Numbered from the stretch's first letter, positions 1-9,470 are shown. The stretch is DNA of 64,000 nt from an uncultured Candidatus Saccharibacteria bacterium (GCA_964610335.1 CAZSVP010000003.1:141531-205530), one strand, 5' to 3'. Notes: generated by a model from the sequence alone, not told the origin. Numbers and translations: made by a program.

Positions 1-258
1 AACCTTAAGTCTGGCGAAGGTAACCAAAGTATAGCCATTACGCAAGCGCGATCTGATTGGGATAGTCAGGCTTTGGCTGAGAATTACTTGGGCAAGAAGA
101 CTCAGCAGTACTTAGCTCTCCAAGCACAGGGGCTTACCATTTACGTCTATGGTGGTAACTCTGCTACTTGGGTGAACCATGGTAGTTGGTACAAGCTCGA
201 GGGTAAAGGTCCAGACATCAACCAAGATCAAATTATCAAGATAGCGACTAGTCTATGA
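1..258 (+). CDS. 3' part of a hypothetical (DUF4367-like) protein starting upstream of the window
   Basis: Frame is open from base 1 (NLKSGEG...WDSQALAENY...GLTIYVYGGNSATWVNHG) to TGA at 258, overlapping the next ATG. Confidence 0.6.
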   Translation, partial: NLKSGEGNQSIAITQARSDWDSQALAENYLGKKTQQYLALQAQGLTIYVYGGNSATWVNHGSWYKLEGKGPDINQDQIIKIATSL

Positions 259-596
259 ACGATGATCGATGGGGGGATCTAGTTGAGCTAATTGATGAGA
301 AATATACAGTTGATCACTTTGATCGAAGAGTGGAGAAGCTTGAGAACAACCCAGAGCTGACACAAACCATCGAGTCAATCGAGTTTGAGCGTGACAATGT
401 TAAATACAAGATAGAGCGGATCACTAGTCCGCGCATTGTAGACAAAAAAACGCACTTTCATCAGCGTGGAGTGGCGGCACGGGTTGAATACGTTTATGAC
501 CCAGAAGAGACTCAAACCAAGGTGATGTTCTTCAAGCAGATGACCGATGGTTACTGGAATGAGATCAGCCCCGAAGACCTGATGGCTGGCGCCTGA
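255..596 (+). CDS. hypothetical protein
   Basis: 113-aa ORF, ATGA overlap with the upstream gene. Confidence 0.7.
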   Translation: MNDDRWGDLVELIDEKYTVDHFDRRVEKLENNPELTQTIESIEFERDNVKYKIERITSPRIVDKKTHFHQRGVAARVEYVYDPEETQTKVMFFKQMTDGYWNEISPEDLMAGA

Positions 597-614
597 TCTG
601 ATATAATAAAGTAC

Positions 615-2036
615 ATGGCTAAACCAGTTCGAGTGAGATTTGCACCCAGCCCCACAGGGTTCCTGCATATTGGTGGTGTTCGCACCGCTTTATTCAATTA
701 TCTATTTGCCAAGGCCAATGACGGCAAATTCATATTGCGTCTGGAAGATACAGATCGTGAAAGGTTTGTTGAAGGCGGAGTAGAACAAATCGTCAAAAGC
801 CTAGACTGGGTGGGCTTGCACCCAGACGAAGGTGTTTGGTATGAGGAGAAACCAGGTAAGCATGGGCCATATATTCAGTCTAAGCGGATAAACCACTACG
901 ATGAGTATGCCAAGAAACTGGTTGACCAGGGCTTAGCCTACTACTCAGCTATTACGCCTGAAGCATTTACGGCTTTGCGCGAAGAAGCGATTGTACAGAA
1001 GCGACCATTTGTATACAAACAATCGATGGAGCCAAAAGCCAAACCCGCCACTACCGAGGGACTGCCAATTCGCTTGAAGGTAGCGGCCGGCGTTACCAAG
1101 TGGCACGATGAAGTGCGAGGTGAGTTTGAGACCAATCATGAACTTATCGACGACTTCATACTTGTCAAAGCCGACGGGTTCCCAACCTACAACTTTGCCA
1201 ACGTGGTTGACGATCACTTGATGCAGATAAGCCATGTGATCCGTGGCGATGAGTTCATTTCTACCACCGCTAAGCATGCTTTACTATACGATTTGCTTGG
1301 GTTTGACCGTCCTGCTTGGGTTCACTTGCCACCAATTCTTGGGCCCGATGGTAAGAAGAAGCTTAGTAAACGCGATGGAGACGTGGAAGTTCTCAATTAT
1401 CAAGAAAATGGCTATCTTTCGGCAGCACTCATCAACTTCTTAGCTTTGCTGGGCTGGAATGATGGAACCGAACAGGAGATTTTTAGTACAGAAGAGCTAA
1501 TCACTAAGTTTAGCCTGGATCGCATACAGAAGAGCCCAGCAGTATTTGATATTACTCGCCTTGATTGGATGAACGGTGAGTATATCCGCAACAAACTCAG
1601 TGAAGACGAGTTGACTGAAAAACTCAAGCCGTTTGTACCCAAAGAGTGGATGGATGATCTTGAGTACTTCAAGCGAGTGTTACAACTCGATGTAGAGCGC
1701 ATGAAGCGGCTCGATGAAGCTCAGTATCTTATGGAGATATTTTTTGTAACACCACAGGTAGATAAAACATTGCTTTGCAAGAAGGACAAAGAGAGTGATA
1801 TCAAGGATTGGCTAATAGCAGCTGCTGACGAGCTCAACCAGCTCGAAGAGTTTGGTCATGATGACATAGAAAGAGTGCTGCGGGCGCTGACCGAAACTCT
1901 AGAGATTAAGACCGGCAACTTGTTTTACGCATTGCGAGTAGCGCTAACTGGCCGTACCGAAGCTCCGGGGCTTTTTGATATAGTTGCCACACTCGGGCGT
2001 GATGAAGCTATTAAGCGCCTCCAAAATGCTCTATGA
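615..2036 (+). CDS. gltX: glutamate--tRNA ligase
   Basis: VRVRFAPSPTGFLHIGG (HIGH motif), LRLEDTD, KKLSKRDG (KMSKS motif), anticodon-binding C-terminus. Confidence 0.97.
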   Translation: MAKPVRVRFAPSPTGFLHIGGVRTALFNYLFAKANDGKFILRLEDTDRERFVEGGVEQIVKSLDWVGLHPDEGVWYEEKPGKHGPYIQSKRINHYDEYAKKLVDQGLAYYSAITPEAFTALREEAIVQKRPFVYKQSMEPKAKPATTEGLPIRLKVAAGVTKWHDEVRGEFETNHELIDDFILVKADGFPTYNFANVVDDHLMQISHVIRGDEFISTTAKHALLYDLLGFDRPAWVHLPPILGPDGKKKLSKRDGDVEVLNYQENGYLSAALINFLALLGWNDGTEQEIFSTEELITKFSLDRIQKSPAVFDITRLDWMNGEYIRNKLSEDELTEKLKPFVPKEWMDDLEYFKRVLQLDVERMKRLDEAQYLMEIFFVTPQVDKTLLCKKDKESDIKDWLIAAADELNQLEEFGHDDIERVLRALTETLEIKTGNLFYALRVALTGRTEAPGLFDIVATLGRDEAIKRLQNAL

Positions 2037-2692
2037 GCAAGTATTTGGTATTCTCGCATGGCTTTGGTGTGAAGAAAGACGATCGGGGCCTACTCACCGA
2101 CATTGCCGAAAACTCCCCAAAATACGAATCAGTACTTTTTGACTACAATGATGTCGATGAGGAGCACAATGTATTGACTGTAGCACCTTTACGGCGCCAA
2201 GCTGATATGTTACTAGATGAGATAGATATAGTCAGACAATCCGACCCAGATGCTGAAATTAGTTTGGTATGCCATTCGCAGGGTTGTGTAGTAGCAAGTA
2301 TTGCCAACCCATCAGATATCAAGCAAGCAATCTTTTTGGCTCCACCTGGCAATGTTAGTGCCGAGAGTATCCAGGAATTCTTTGGCAAACGACCAGGCAC
2401 AGTGGTAGAAGACGATGGAACTATGCGAGTACCGCGCGCTGATGGTAGCACTACCCGCATACCACAACAGTTCATAGATGATATTAAATCCGTAGATGTA
2501 GCCGAGCTTTATCCGAGCTTTGCGCGCCAAACCAAGCTTACTATTGTTGTGGCCAATCAAGACGAAGTACTTAAGCCTGTTGATTTTAGCTATCTAGCAG
2601 AAGATGTAAGATTGCTATATATAGACGGTGATCATAATTTCACAGGAGATGATAGAATAGGTTTGATAAATCAACTAGAGGAACTGCTATGA
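2033..2692 (+). CDS. alpha/beta hydrolase
   Basis: HGFG oxyanion motif, CHSQG nucleophile elbow, GDHNF catalytic His. Confidence 0.8.
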   Translation: MSKYLVFSHGFGVKKDDRGLLTDIAENSPKYESVLFDYNDVDEEHNVLTVAPLRRQADMLLDEIDIVRQSDPDAEISLVCHSQGCVVASIANPSDIKQAIFLAPPGNVSAESIQEFFGKRPGTVVEDDGTMRVPRADGSTTRIPQQFIDDIKSVDVAELYPSFARQTKLTIVVANQDEVLKPVDFSYLAEDVRLLYIDGDHNFTGDDRIGLINQLEELL

Positions 2693-4059
2693 AGATTACT
2701 TCGACAAATCCGTCTCGTAATTATGAAGAAATTGGAAGCGTTGAGCCCTCAACTGCCGAAGATGTTCAAGCCAAGATCACACAAGCTCATAAAGCGAAAT
2801 CTAGTTGGCGCGAACTTGGTATTCATGCTAGAACAAAGTTATTACAAAAGGTTGCTTCCGAAATTGAGCAATCAAAAGAACTTCTAGCTAAACTTATCGC
2901 CCAAGAAATGGGTATGCCAATAACTAGTGCACTATCTGAAGTCGACGATGCTTTGTACTATTGGCATTCTTATCTAAAAACTGCTGAAGGATTCTTAACA
3001 CCAGAGGTTACCCTCGAAACAGAGACTGAGCTTCATCAAGTCGTTCGAGAGCCGTACGGAGTGGTTGCTGCTATTGCTCCATGGAATTTCCCTATATCAA
3101 ATTTCGTATGGACTTGTGGTCAGAATTTAGCTGCCGGCAACGTGGTTGTGTTCAAACACTCAGAAGAAACACCGCTATGCGGCAAACTTATCGAAAAGAT
3201 TGTAAATAAAGTGCTTCCGGAGGGAGTATTCTCTGAATTATATGGCGATGGCACGGTTGGTAAAATGCTAGTTGAACAAGATATTAATTTTATCTGTTTC
3301 ACTGGTAGTACTGCCACCGGAATTAAGATCAATGAATCAGCAGCGCGACGGTTTATACCAACTTCGATGGAACTCGGTGGCTCAGCACCAGGAATAGTAT
3401 TGGAAGACTGTAATGTAACTGGTATTGCTGAAACCATATATTCGAACCGCTTTTCAAACTGTGGCCAAATGTGTGATGCTCTTAAACGGCTAATTGTTCA
3501 CGAATCAAAACTTGAACAAGTCAAAAATGAATTACTCAAGATTTTGGCTACCAAGAAAGTTGGCGATGCCCAAGATCCAAAAACTGATATCGGACCACTG
3601 GTAGCAAAACGCCAGCTTGAACTATTAGAGGAACAGGTAGCAGATGCTGTTACCAAGGGTGCCAACATACTTACTGGCGGTAATAGATTGGAAAAACTTT
3701 TGGGTGCTTATTATGAACCAACCTTGATAGAAAATGTAACTCCGGACATGAGGATTTGGCAGGAAGAAGTTTTTGGCCCAGTACTACCAATTGTAACTTT
3801 TAAGGCCGTAGATGAAGCTATTGACCTGGCAAATAACACCACTTATGGACTGGGTGCATATGTGTTTACTCAAGACAAGCAAAAATTTATGGATGTTGCT
3901 AATCAGCTAGAGTCGGGTATGGTTAGCCAAAACAATCTTAGCTACGTGAATTCGTGCAATTTCTTTGGCGGTTATAAGATGTCGGGGGGCGGACGTGAAC
4001 ACGCCAAGTTTGGTTTTGAAGAAGTTACTCAAACTAAAGTTATTGTTTCAGAAAAATAA
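2689..4059 (+). CDS. NAD(P)-dependent aldehyde dehydrogenase
   Basis: PWNFP, FTGS, MELGG, catalytic Cys in GQMC, EEVFGP, FGGYKMSG. Confidence 0.93.
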   Translation: MKITSTNPSRNYEEIGSVEPSTAEDVQAKITQAHKAKSSWRELGIHARTKLLQKVASEIEQSKELLAKLIAQEMGMPITSALSEVDDALYYWHSYLKTAEGFLTPEVTLETETELHQVVREPYGVVAAIAPWNFPISNFVWTCGQNLAAGNVVVFKHSEETPLCGKLIEKIVNKVLPEGVFSELYGDGTVGKMLVEQDINFICFTGSTATGIKINESAARRFIPTSMELGGSAPGIVLEDCNVTGIAETIYSNRFSNCGQMCDALKRLIVHESKLEQVKNELLKILATKKVGDAQDPKTDIGPLVAKRQLELLEEQVADAVTKGANILTGGNRLEKLLGAYYEPTLIENVTPDMRIWQEEVFGPVLPIVTFKAVDEAIDLANNTTYGLGAYVFTQDKQKFMDVANQLESGMVSQNNLSYVNSCNFFGGYKMSGGGREHAKFGFEEVTQTKVIVSEK

Positions 4060-4076
4060 ACTTTGGCTTGGTAAGT

Positions 4077-5111
4077 CTAATTCCAGTCGAGTGTGCCGCC
4101 AGTTTGGTACTCGGTGACGCGAGTTTCGAAGAAGTTCTTTTCTTTGGTGAGATCAGCAGCTTCGCTCATCCATGGGAACGGGTTGGTTACATTGAACTGA
4201 GTCGGTAGGTCTACCATGGCAAGGCGACGATCGGCAATGTGCTCGATGTATTGTTTGAACCCATCGGCGTTCATACCAAATATCCCTTTGGGAAATACTT
4301 CTTGAGCGTAGGTATACTCAAGTTTGGCAGCTTCCTTGATAAGATCTACCATGTGTTGTTGAAACTCCTTGGTCCACAGCTCTGGCTGCTCCTCGCGAAT
4401 GGCGTTGATCATATTGATGCCGAAGTTGAGGTGCTGCGACTCGTCGCGCATGATGTATTGGATCTGCTCAGCGCTACCCGTAAGCTTGTTTTGGCGCTGA
4501 AACCCGAAGATCACAGCAAAGCTACTGTAGAAGAATATACCCTCTAGTATGAGCGAGAACACACAGAGGTTTTCCAAAAATTTCTGATCAGCCTCAAACG
4601 TACCAGTCTTGAAGCTGTCGTCAAATATTCCTTCGTTGAAGGTCAGGATGAACTTGGCCTTGGAAAAATGTGCAGCATTCTCGCGGTACATATTGAATAT
4701 CTTGCCGCCATCGAGGCCAAGACTTTCTACAATATACTGGTAGGCATGCGTATGGATGGCTTCTTCGTAACTTTGGCGCAATAGGTACATCCGACACTCT
4801 GGACTAGAGATGTGCTTGTACAGGGCCAGCACGATGTTGTTAGCGGCAATGGAATCGGCAGTAGTGAAGAACCCGAGTGCGGTTTCGAAGGCATGGCGCT
4901 CTTCTTCGGTCAGCTTGTTGCTTTTCCAGAGCTCAATGTCGTCTTGCATAGCTATCTCGGTAGGTAACCAATGGTTGGCATTGCCGGCATTGTAGGCGTC
5001 CCAGGCAAATGTGTGCTTCATGGGGTGCAGCTGGACTACATCGGCATCTTCACCATTGATTACTCGGCGTTTGTTGATGTCGACTCGTTTTTTGGTCATG
5101 CTTAGTGACAT
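4077..5111 (-). CDS. nrdB: ribonucleotide reductase class Ia beta subunit
   Basis: TADS (Asp ligand), EEAIHTHAY (radical Tyr retained), LEGIFFYSSF, RDESQH, KNFFETRVTEY. Confidence 0.95.
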   Translation of the reverse strand: MSLSMTKKRVDINKRRVINGEDADVVQLHPMKHTFAWDAYNAGNANHWLPTEIAMQDDIELWKSNKLTEEERHAFETALGFFTTADSIAANNIVLALYKHISSPECRMYLLRQSYEEAIHTHAYQYIVESLGLDGGKIFNMYRENAAHFSKAKFILTFNEGIFDDSFKTGTFEADQKFLENLCVFSLILEGIFFYSSFAVIFGFQRQNKLTGSAEQIQYIMRDESQHLNFGINMINAIREEQPELWTKEFQQHMVDLIKEAAKLEYTYAQEVFPKGIFGMNADGFKQYIEHIADRRLAMVDLPTQFNVTNPFPWMSEAADLTKEKNFFETRVTEYQTGGTLDWN

Positions 5112-5132
5112 GGGGTATCCTCCAGAAGGTGA

Positions 5133-7874
5133 TTAGATTAACTTAGTTTGCTGATCAGATTCTGGCTTGGGAGCATTATCGGCAATGGCACCAGCAAATT
5201 CTCGCTTGTGTGTAGCACCCATCTCAGCGGCGTTGACGGTAGATTTCTCAACTTGGGAGATTGCCAGACTACGCAGGTAGTAAGTAGTCTTGAGCCCCAT
5301 GCGCCAGGCATAGATATATAGATCGCTCAATTGTTTACCAGACACACCACTAACAAACACATTGAAGCTCTGGCTCTGATCTAGCCATTTGCCGCGATAG
5401 GCAGTGACGCGGATAAGGGCCATCGGGTCGATCTCAAACACTTCCTTGTACTTACGGCGCACATCTTCTGGTATCTCAGTAATCTTTTGGACTGAGCCGT
5501 CATGGAACTTCAACTTCTGCACCATCTCTGGACCCCACAGATTGAGTTTCTTAAGGTCAGTAACTAGGTAGGGGTTGATCACAGTAAATTCACCATTCAT
5601 GTTGGATTTCACATATAAGTTTTTGTAAATAGGCTCAATACATGGGTAACAGCCATTGATGTTGGAGATAGAGGCAGTTGGAGCTATCGCCATGGTGTTG
5701 CTATTGCGCATACCATATTTTTTCACTAGCGCACGAACAGGTTTCCAATCTAGCTTGCTAGTGCGCTTCACATCGATCTTCTCGCCGCGTTCTTTTTCAA
5801 GCATATCTAATGTATCGATGGGGAAGATGCCGCGATCCCACTTGGAGCCTTTGTAACTACTATAGGTACCTTTTTCGCGGGCAAGCTCAGCACTACCCAT
5901 GATGGCGTGGTAGCTGACAAATTCCATCGACTCGTCGGCAAAGGCTATTGCCTTGTCGCTCTCAAACTCCATGTCGAGCATATATAGAGCGTCTTGAAAG
6001 CCCATAATACCAATACCCACTGGGCGATGGCGCTGATTGGCAGTCTCATTCTCTTTGGTTGGGTAGAAGGTAATATCGATCACATTATCAAGCATGCGGA
6101 TGGCAGTCTTGACGGTATCGGCCAGTAGCTCACGATCGAGCTTGCCGCCTTTGATGTGAGTGGCAAGATTGACTGAGCCAATGTTGCAGACCGCTGTTTC
6201 CTCACGCGAGTTGTTGAGTGTGATCTCGGTACAAAGATTGGAATTGTGTACTACGCCGACATGGTCTTGCGGGCTGCGAACATTGCAAGCATCCTTAAAT
6301 GTAATCCATGGGTGGCCAGTCTCAAATAGCATGGTTAGCATCTTGCGCCACAACTGCAGCGCACTTACGCGGCGGAACTGACGAATCTTACCAGCATCGG
6401 CTAGTTTTTCGTACTCTTCATACTTTTGCTCAAACTCTTTGCCATATATATGATGAAGCTTTGGGACTTCCTCGGGGCTAAATAGTGTCCACTGCGCATT
6501 GGCCTCAACGCGTTTAATAAACAAATCTGGTACCCAGCTGGCTGTGTTCATGTCGTGAGTACGACGACGCTCGTCGCCAGTGTTTTTGCGTAGTTCTAAG
6601 AAATCTTCGAAGTCCAGATGCCAGTTTTCGAGATATACACAGGTAGCACCTATACGACGACCACTGCGGGCGATAGCTACGGTTACGTCATTGGCAATTT
6701 TGAGAAACGGCACTACACCCTGAGAAGGTATATTGATAGTCTTAATAAGCGAGCCAGTCGAGCGAATGTTGCTCCAGTCAGTACCAATGCCACCAGAGAA
6801 TTTACTCATTAGCGCATTGTCGCGATACACCTTGAAGATATGATCGAGATCGTCTTCGACAGTATTGAGATAGCACGAGCTCATCTGTGGCCATGATGTG
6901 CCGGAATTGAACAGAGTAGGTGAGCTAGGAGTATAGCGTTTGGTAGACAGGATATTGTAAAACTCTATCGCTACTGCAGTACGTTTCTTCTTGTCCTCGT
7001 TTAGCGCCATACCCATACTGACACGCATCCAAAATATCTGCGGCACTTCAAGTACTACCTTGCTCTCACGCTCAGGGCGCAGGAAGTAGTTGCTATATAG
7101 AGTTTGGAGTCCCATGTAGTCGATCATCTTGTCGCGGTCTGGCTTGATAGCATCGGCCAGCTTATCGAGCTCAAACTCAGCCATTTGCTTATGAAGCAGT
7201 TTGTTCTTGATACCGCTTTCTATGAAGTTCTTGAAGATTGTTTTGTAGGCTGTAGCGACTTCAGTAGTTTCACTGGCACCCAACACTTCCTTGTACATCT
7301 TCTTTTGCAATAGTCTTGCAGCCAAGCTATCGTAGGCCGGATCTTTTTCGATACTGCTTTTGGCAGCCAGTATCAGAGCATCGTCGAACTCATCTTCACT
7401 CATGCCATCGTAGACATTGGCCTTGGCGTATTCGGCCAGCTCTTCGATGTCGACGCCTTCTATACCATGGGCGGCCTCAACAAACGTTTTGATAATGGTA
7501 GGGTAGCCGTATTGAGCCGAGCTACCGTCGGCCATGGTTACAGATATGCCAGCATGCTCGAGCTTCTCAGCCTGGGCAGCCTCACGCATCATCTTGTGGG
7601 TGTCACGATAGATAATAAAGCTACGGGCAGTCTTGAAATAGCCACCGCGCATAAGTGCTTGTTCTACAAGGTCTTGGGTAGATTCTACGTCTGGCACATC
7701 GCCCGCAAATAAATCCTCCAGACCAGCCACCACGCCATCTACCAAGCTATCAATCTCATCGGCAGGAATCTCAGTCTCAGCCGATGCGCTAGCCTTTACT
7801 ATTGCTTGATATATACGCATGCGATCAAAGATTGCGATCTGGCCATTGCGCTTTTTTATTTGTGTAAAACTCAT
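5133..7874 (-). CDS. nrdA: ribonucleotide reductase class Ia alpha subunit with N-terminal ATP-cone(s)
   Basis: IKKRNG ATP-cone, SPTLFNSG, SSCYL, SNLCTEI, AVCNIGS, TTYYLRS. Confidence 0.95.
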   Translation of the reverse strand: MSFTQIKKRNGQIAIFDRMRIYQAIVKASASAETEIPADEIDSLVDGVVAGLEDLFAGDVPDVESTQDLVEQALMRGGYFKTARSFIIYRDTHKMMREAAQAEKLEHAGISVTMADGSSAQYGYPTIIKTFVEAAHGIEGVDIEELAEYAKANVYDGMSEDEFDDALILAAKSSIEKDPAYDSLAARLLQKKMYKEVLGASETTEVATAYKTIFKNFIESGIKNKLLHKQMAEFELDKLADAIKPDRDKMIDYMGLQTLYSNYFLRPERESKVVLEVPQIFWMRVSMGMALNEDKKKRTAVAIEFYNILSTKRYTPSSPTLFNSGTSWPQMSSCYLNTVEDDLDHIFKVYRDNALMSKFSGGIGTDWSNIRSTGSLIKTINIPSQGVVPFLKIANDVTVAIARSGRRIGATCVYLENWHLDFEDFLELRKNTGDERRRTHDMNTASWVPDLFIKRVEANAQWTLFSPEEVPKLHHIYGKEFEQKYEEYEKLADAGKIRQFRRVSALQLWRKMLTMLFETGHPWITFKDACNVRSPQDHVGVVHNSNLCTEITLNNSREETAVCNIGSVNLATHIKGGKLDRELLADTVKTAIRMLDNVIDITFYPTKENETANQRHRPVGIGIMGFQDALYMLDMEFESDKAIAFADESMEFVSYHAIMGSAELAREKGTYSSYKGSKWDRGIFPIDTLDMLEKERGEKIDVKRTSKLDWKPVRALVKKYGMRNSNTMAIAPTASISNINGCYPCIEPIYKNLYVKSNMNGEFTVINPYLVTDLKKLNLWGPEMVQKLKFHDGSVQKITEIPEDVRRKYKEVFEIDPMALIRVTAYRGKWLDQSQSFNVFVSGVSGKQLSDLYIYAWRMGLKTTYYLRSLAISQVEKSTVNAAEMGATHKREFAGAIADNAPKPESDQQTKLI

Positions 7875-7913
7875 GTATCACCCTCCACCTTTAGTTTTTC
7901 GAGATCAAACAAA

Positions 7914-7960
7914 ACACTATATATAGTGCTTTGTAGTTATACTACCACCACATATAGTGC
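7914..7960. promoter_or_regulatory. tandem NrdR boxes
   Basis: ACACTATATATAGTGC (7914-7929) and CCACCACATATAGTGC (7945-7960), 31 bp start-to-start, match acaCwAtATaTwGtg directly upstream of nrdA. Confidence 0.85.
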
Positions 7961-8021
7961 TTGTGGTAGTACTTTGTCGTACATTCGTTTGATAATTGCT
8001 CTCACACAACTACTTACGAAC

Positions 8022-8051
8022 ATAATACGAATCTAGCCCCCTTGTTGTCAA
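8022..8051 (-). promoter_or_regulatory. sigma70-like promoter for nrdAB
   Basis: TTGACA-N18-TATTAT on the minus strand. Confidence 0.55.
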
Positions 8052-8216
8052 CTCTTTTACTCTCTCACGAAACAAAACTTAGTAGCATCATAGCCCGGCT
8101 GGGCAATAGCTACAATATGGTTTGTAAAAAATACAATGAAAAATCTGAGTTTGAAGTGATTTGTGCTACTGGTCAAAATATACGAAATATGTTAAAGTAG
8201 GCTGGCATTTTTTAGT

Positions 8217-8291
8217 GGTCCCATCGTCTAACGGTTAGGACACCAGATTCTCAATCTGGCAATCGGAGTTCGATTCTCCGTGGGATCACCA
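8217..8291 (+). tRNA. tRNA-Glu(CUC)
   Basis: Cloverleaf: acceptor GGTCCCA/TGGGATC, anticodon stem CCAGA/TCTGG with loop TTCTCAA, T-loop TTCGATT, encoded CCA. Confidence 0.96.
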
Positions 8292-8333
8292 TGTCTTTAT
8301 ACAGAATTCTAGTCAACTTCAATAAGCTGCTGA

Positions 8334-8378
8334 GTTGGTTCGAATCCAGCCCCCGGAGCAATAGTACTTATGCTTAAA
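8334..8378 (+). repeat. tRNA 3'-end fragment (T-arm plus acceptor 3' strand, tRNA-Asn-like); repeat copy 1
   Basis: GTTGGTTCGAATCCAGC-CCCCGGAGCA; the 27-mer at 8352-8378 recurs at 9196-9222 with 1 mismatch. Confidence 0.75.
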
Positions 8379-8397
8379 GACCTGAAAAGGTCCTTTT
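8376..8397 (+). terminator. intrinsic terminator
   Basis: GACCT-GAAA-AGGTC followed by CTTTT. Confidence 0.55.
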
Positions 8398-8412
8398 GAT
8401 ATGATAGTTATT

Positions 8413-9177
8413 ATGAAGATTTTGTCACCAACTCTAAATTTTAATTCGCAGTCTGCAATAGATGAATTTAAGAAAGTTATTGGCGGGCTACCTAGTGATG
8501 TTGATGATTACATTGTTGGTGGTTCTGTTAGAAACGCTATTTTTAGAAAAATATTTGGTGAAGTACTTACTCAACGAGATTACGACCAAGTTGTTACAAA
8601 AAATTCAGATAAATATTTAGAGTATCTTAAATCTCTAGGGTTTTATCTCGGTAAACTAGACCGCCCTACTCAAAAGGTATATGCATACGACCTAATACCA
8701 AATCCACCTGCTGATAGTTATGTAGATTCATTGGTTTATGATATTCATACAATGGACAATACAACCATTGAAGAAAACCTAAGAACTAGTAGTGGTTTTA
8801 CAATCAACGGCTTTGCATTACCTATAAGAAAATTATTTGACGAAAACTGGTTTGACGAAATCATACAACTGCCAGGTGCACTAGATGATATGAAGAAAAA
8901 ACAGCTTAGGGTAAATAAAGATGGTTACAAAGAACAACCAGCGAATCTTTTTGCTGGAATTAGGTTTATGTCTAAAGGATTTTTACCACCTAGCAAAGAA
9001 GATGTTGAGTTATTACTAAACGAAATGCCAAACATCACTCCAGAAAGATTTGAAAAGGGCGTGAAGAAAGTCTGGGATTATGTTGGTGGCGAGCAAAAAG
9101 CTCGAGAGTATGTAAAACAGTTGAACATTGATATTGATATTTTTAATCGTGAAGAAATTCTGAGCAAACTAGGCTAG
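8413..9177 (+). CDS. divergent class II (CCA-adding/poly(A) polymerase-like) nucleotidyltransferase
   Basis: YIVGGSVRNA...RDYD motif A and FTING; low GC; ATG 8413 lies 7 nt after TATGAT. Confidence 0.7.
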   Translation: MKILSPTLNFNSQSAIDEFKKVIGGLPSDVDDYIVGGSVRNAIFRKIFGEVLTQRDYDQVVTKNSDKYLEYLKSLGFYLGKLDRPTQKVYAYDLIPNPPADSYVDSLVYDIHTMDNTTIEENLRTSSGFTINGFALPIRKLFDENWFDEIIQLPGALDDMKKKQLRVNKDGYKEQPANLFAGIRFMSKGFLPPSKEDVELLLNEMPNITPERFEKGVKKVWDYVGGEQKAREYVKQLNIDIDIFNREEILSKLG

Positions 9178-9222
9178 TTCTAACTTCAGTTACTACCCGG
9201 AGCCATAGTACTTATGCTTAAA
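9175..9222 (+). repeat. tRNA-3'-derived repeat copy 2
   Basis: TAGTTCTAACTTCAGTTACTA-CCCGGAGCCATAGTACTTATGCTTAAA, starting at the stop codon of the preceding gene. Confidence 0.75.
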
Positions 9223-9257
9223 AGGCCCACGTGTTTCATTTTGTTATAATAACGAAT

Positions 9258-9434
9258 ATGAAAACAATACGATATATTGCTGTTGTTTGTAATGCTATTT
9301 TTGTAGCTTGGCTATTATTTAATGCAATTGATGAGGGTTTTCGTGCAGTAAATCGTGTAGAACTAGTCTCGATGATTAGTCTAATAGCGCTACTGTTGCT
9401 CAACATTATTCTTCTACTACATCGGCGTGCCTAA
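9258..9434 (+). CDS. small two-TM membrane protein
   Basis: 58-aa hydrophobic ORF, ATG 7 nt after TATAAT. Confidence 0.65.
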   Translation: MKTIRYIAVVCNAIFVAWLLFNAIDEGFRAVNRVELVSMISLIALLLLNIILLLHRRA

Positions 9435-9470
9435 GTTCAAATCTCCATTACAACCCGAAGCCAAAGTGCT
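9432..9470 (+). repeat. degenerate tRNA-3'-derived repeat copy 3
   Basis: TAAGTTCAAATCTCCATTACAACCCGAAGCCAAAGTGCT aligns with copy 2, again starting at a stop codon. Confidence 0.55.

Noticed and set aside
5179-5200. Alternative-frame C-W-C-H-C near the nrdA 3' end as a frameshifted redox tail
   Set aside because: A by-product of Ala/Gly codons; no slippery site recognised and the spacing is unlike the real tail motif
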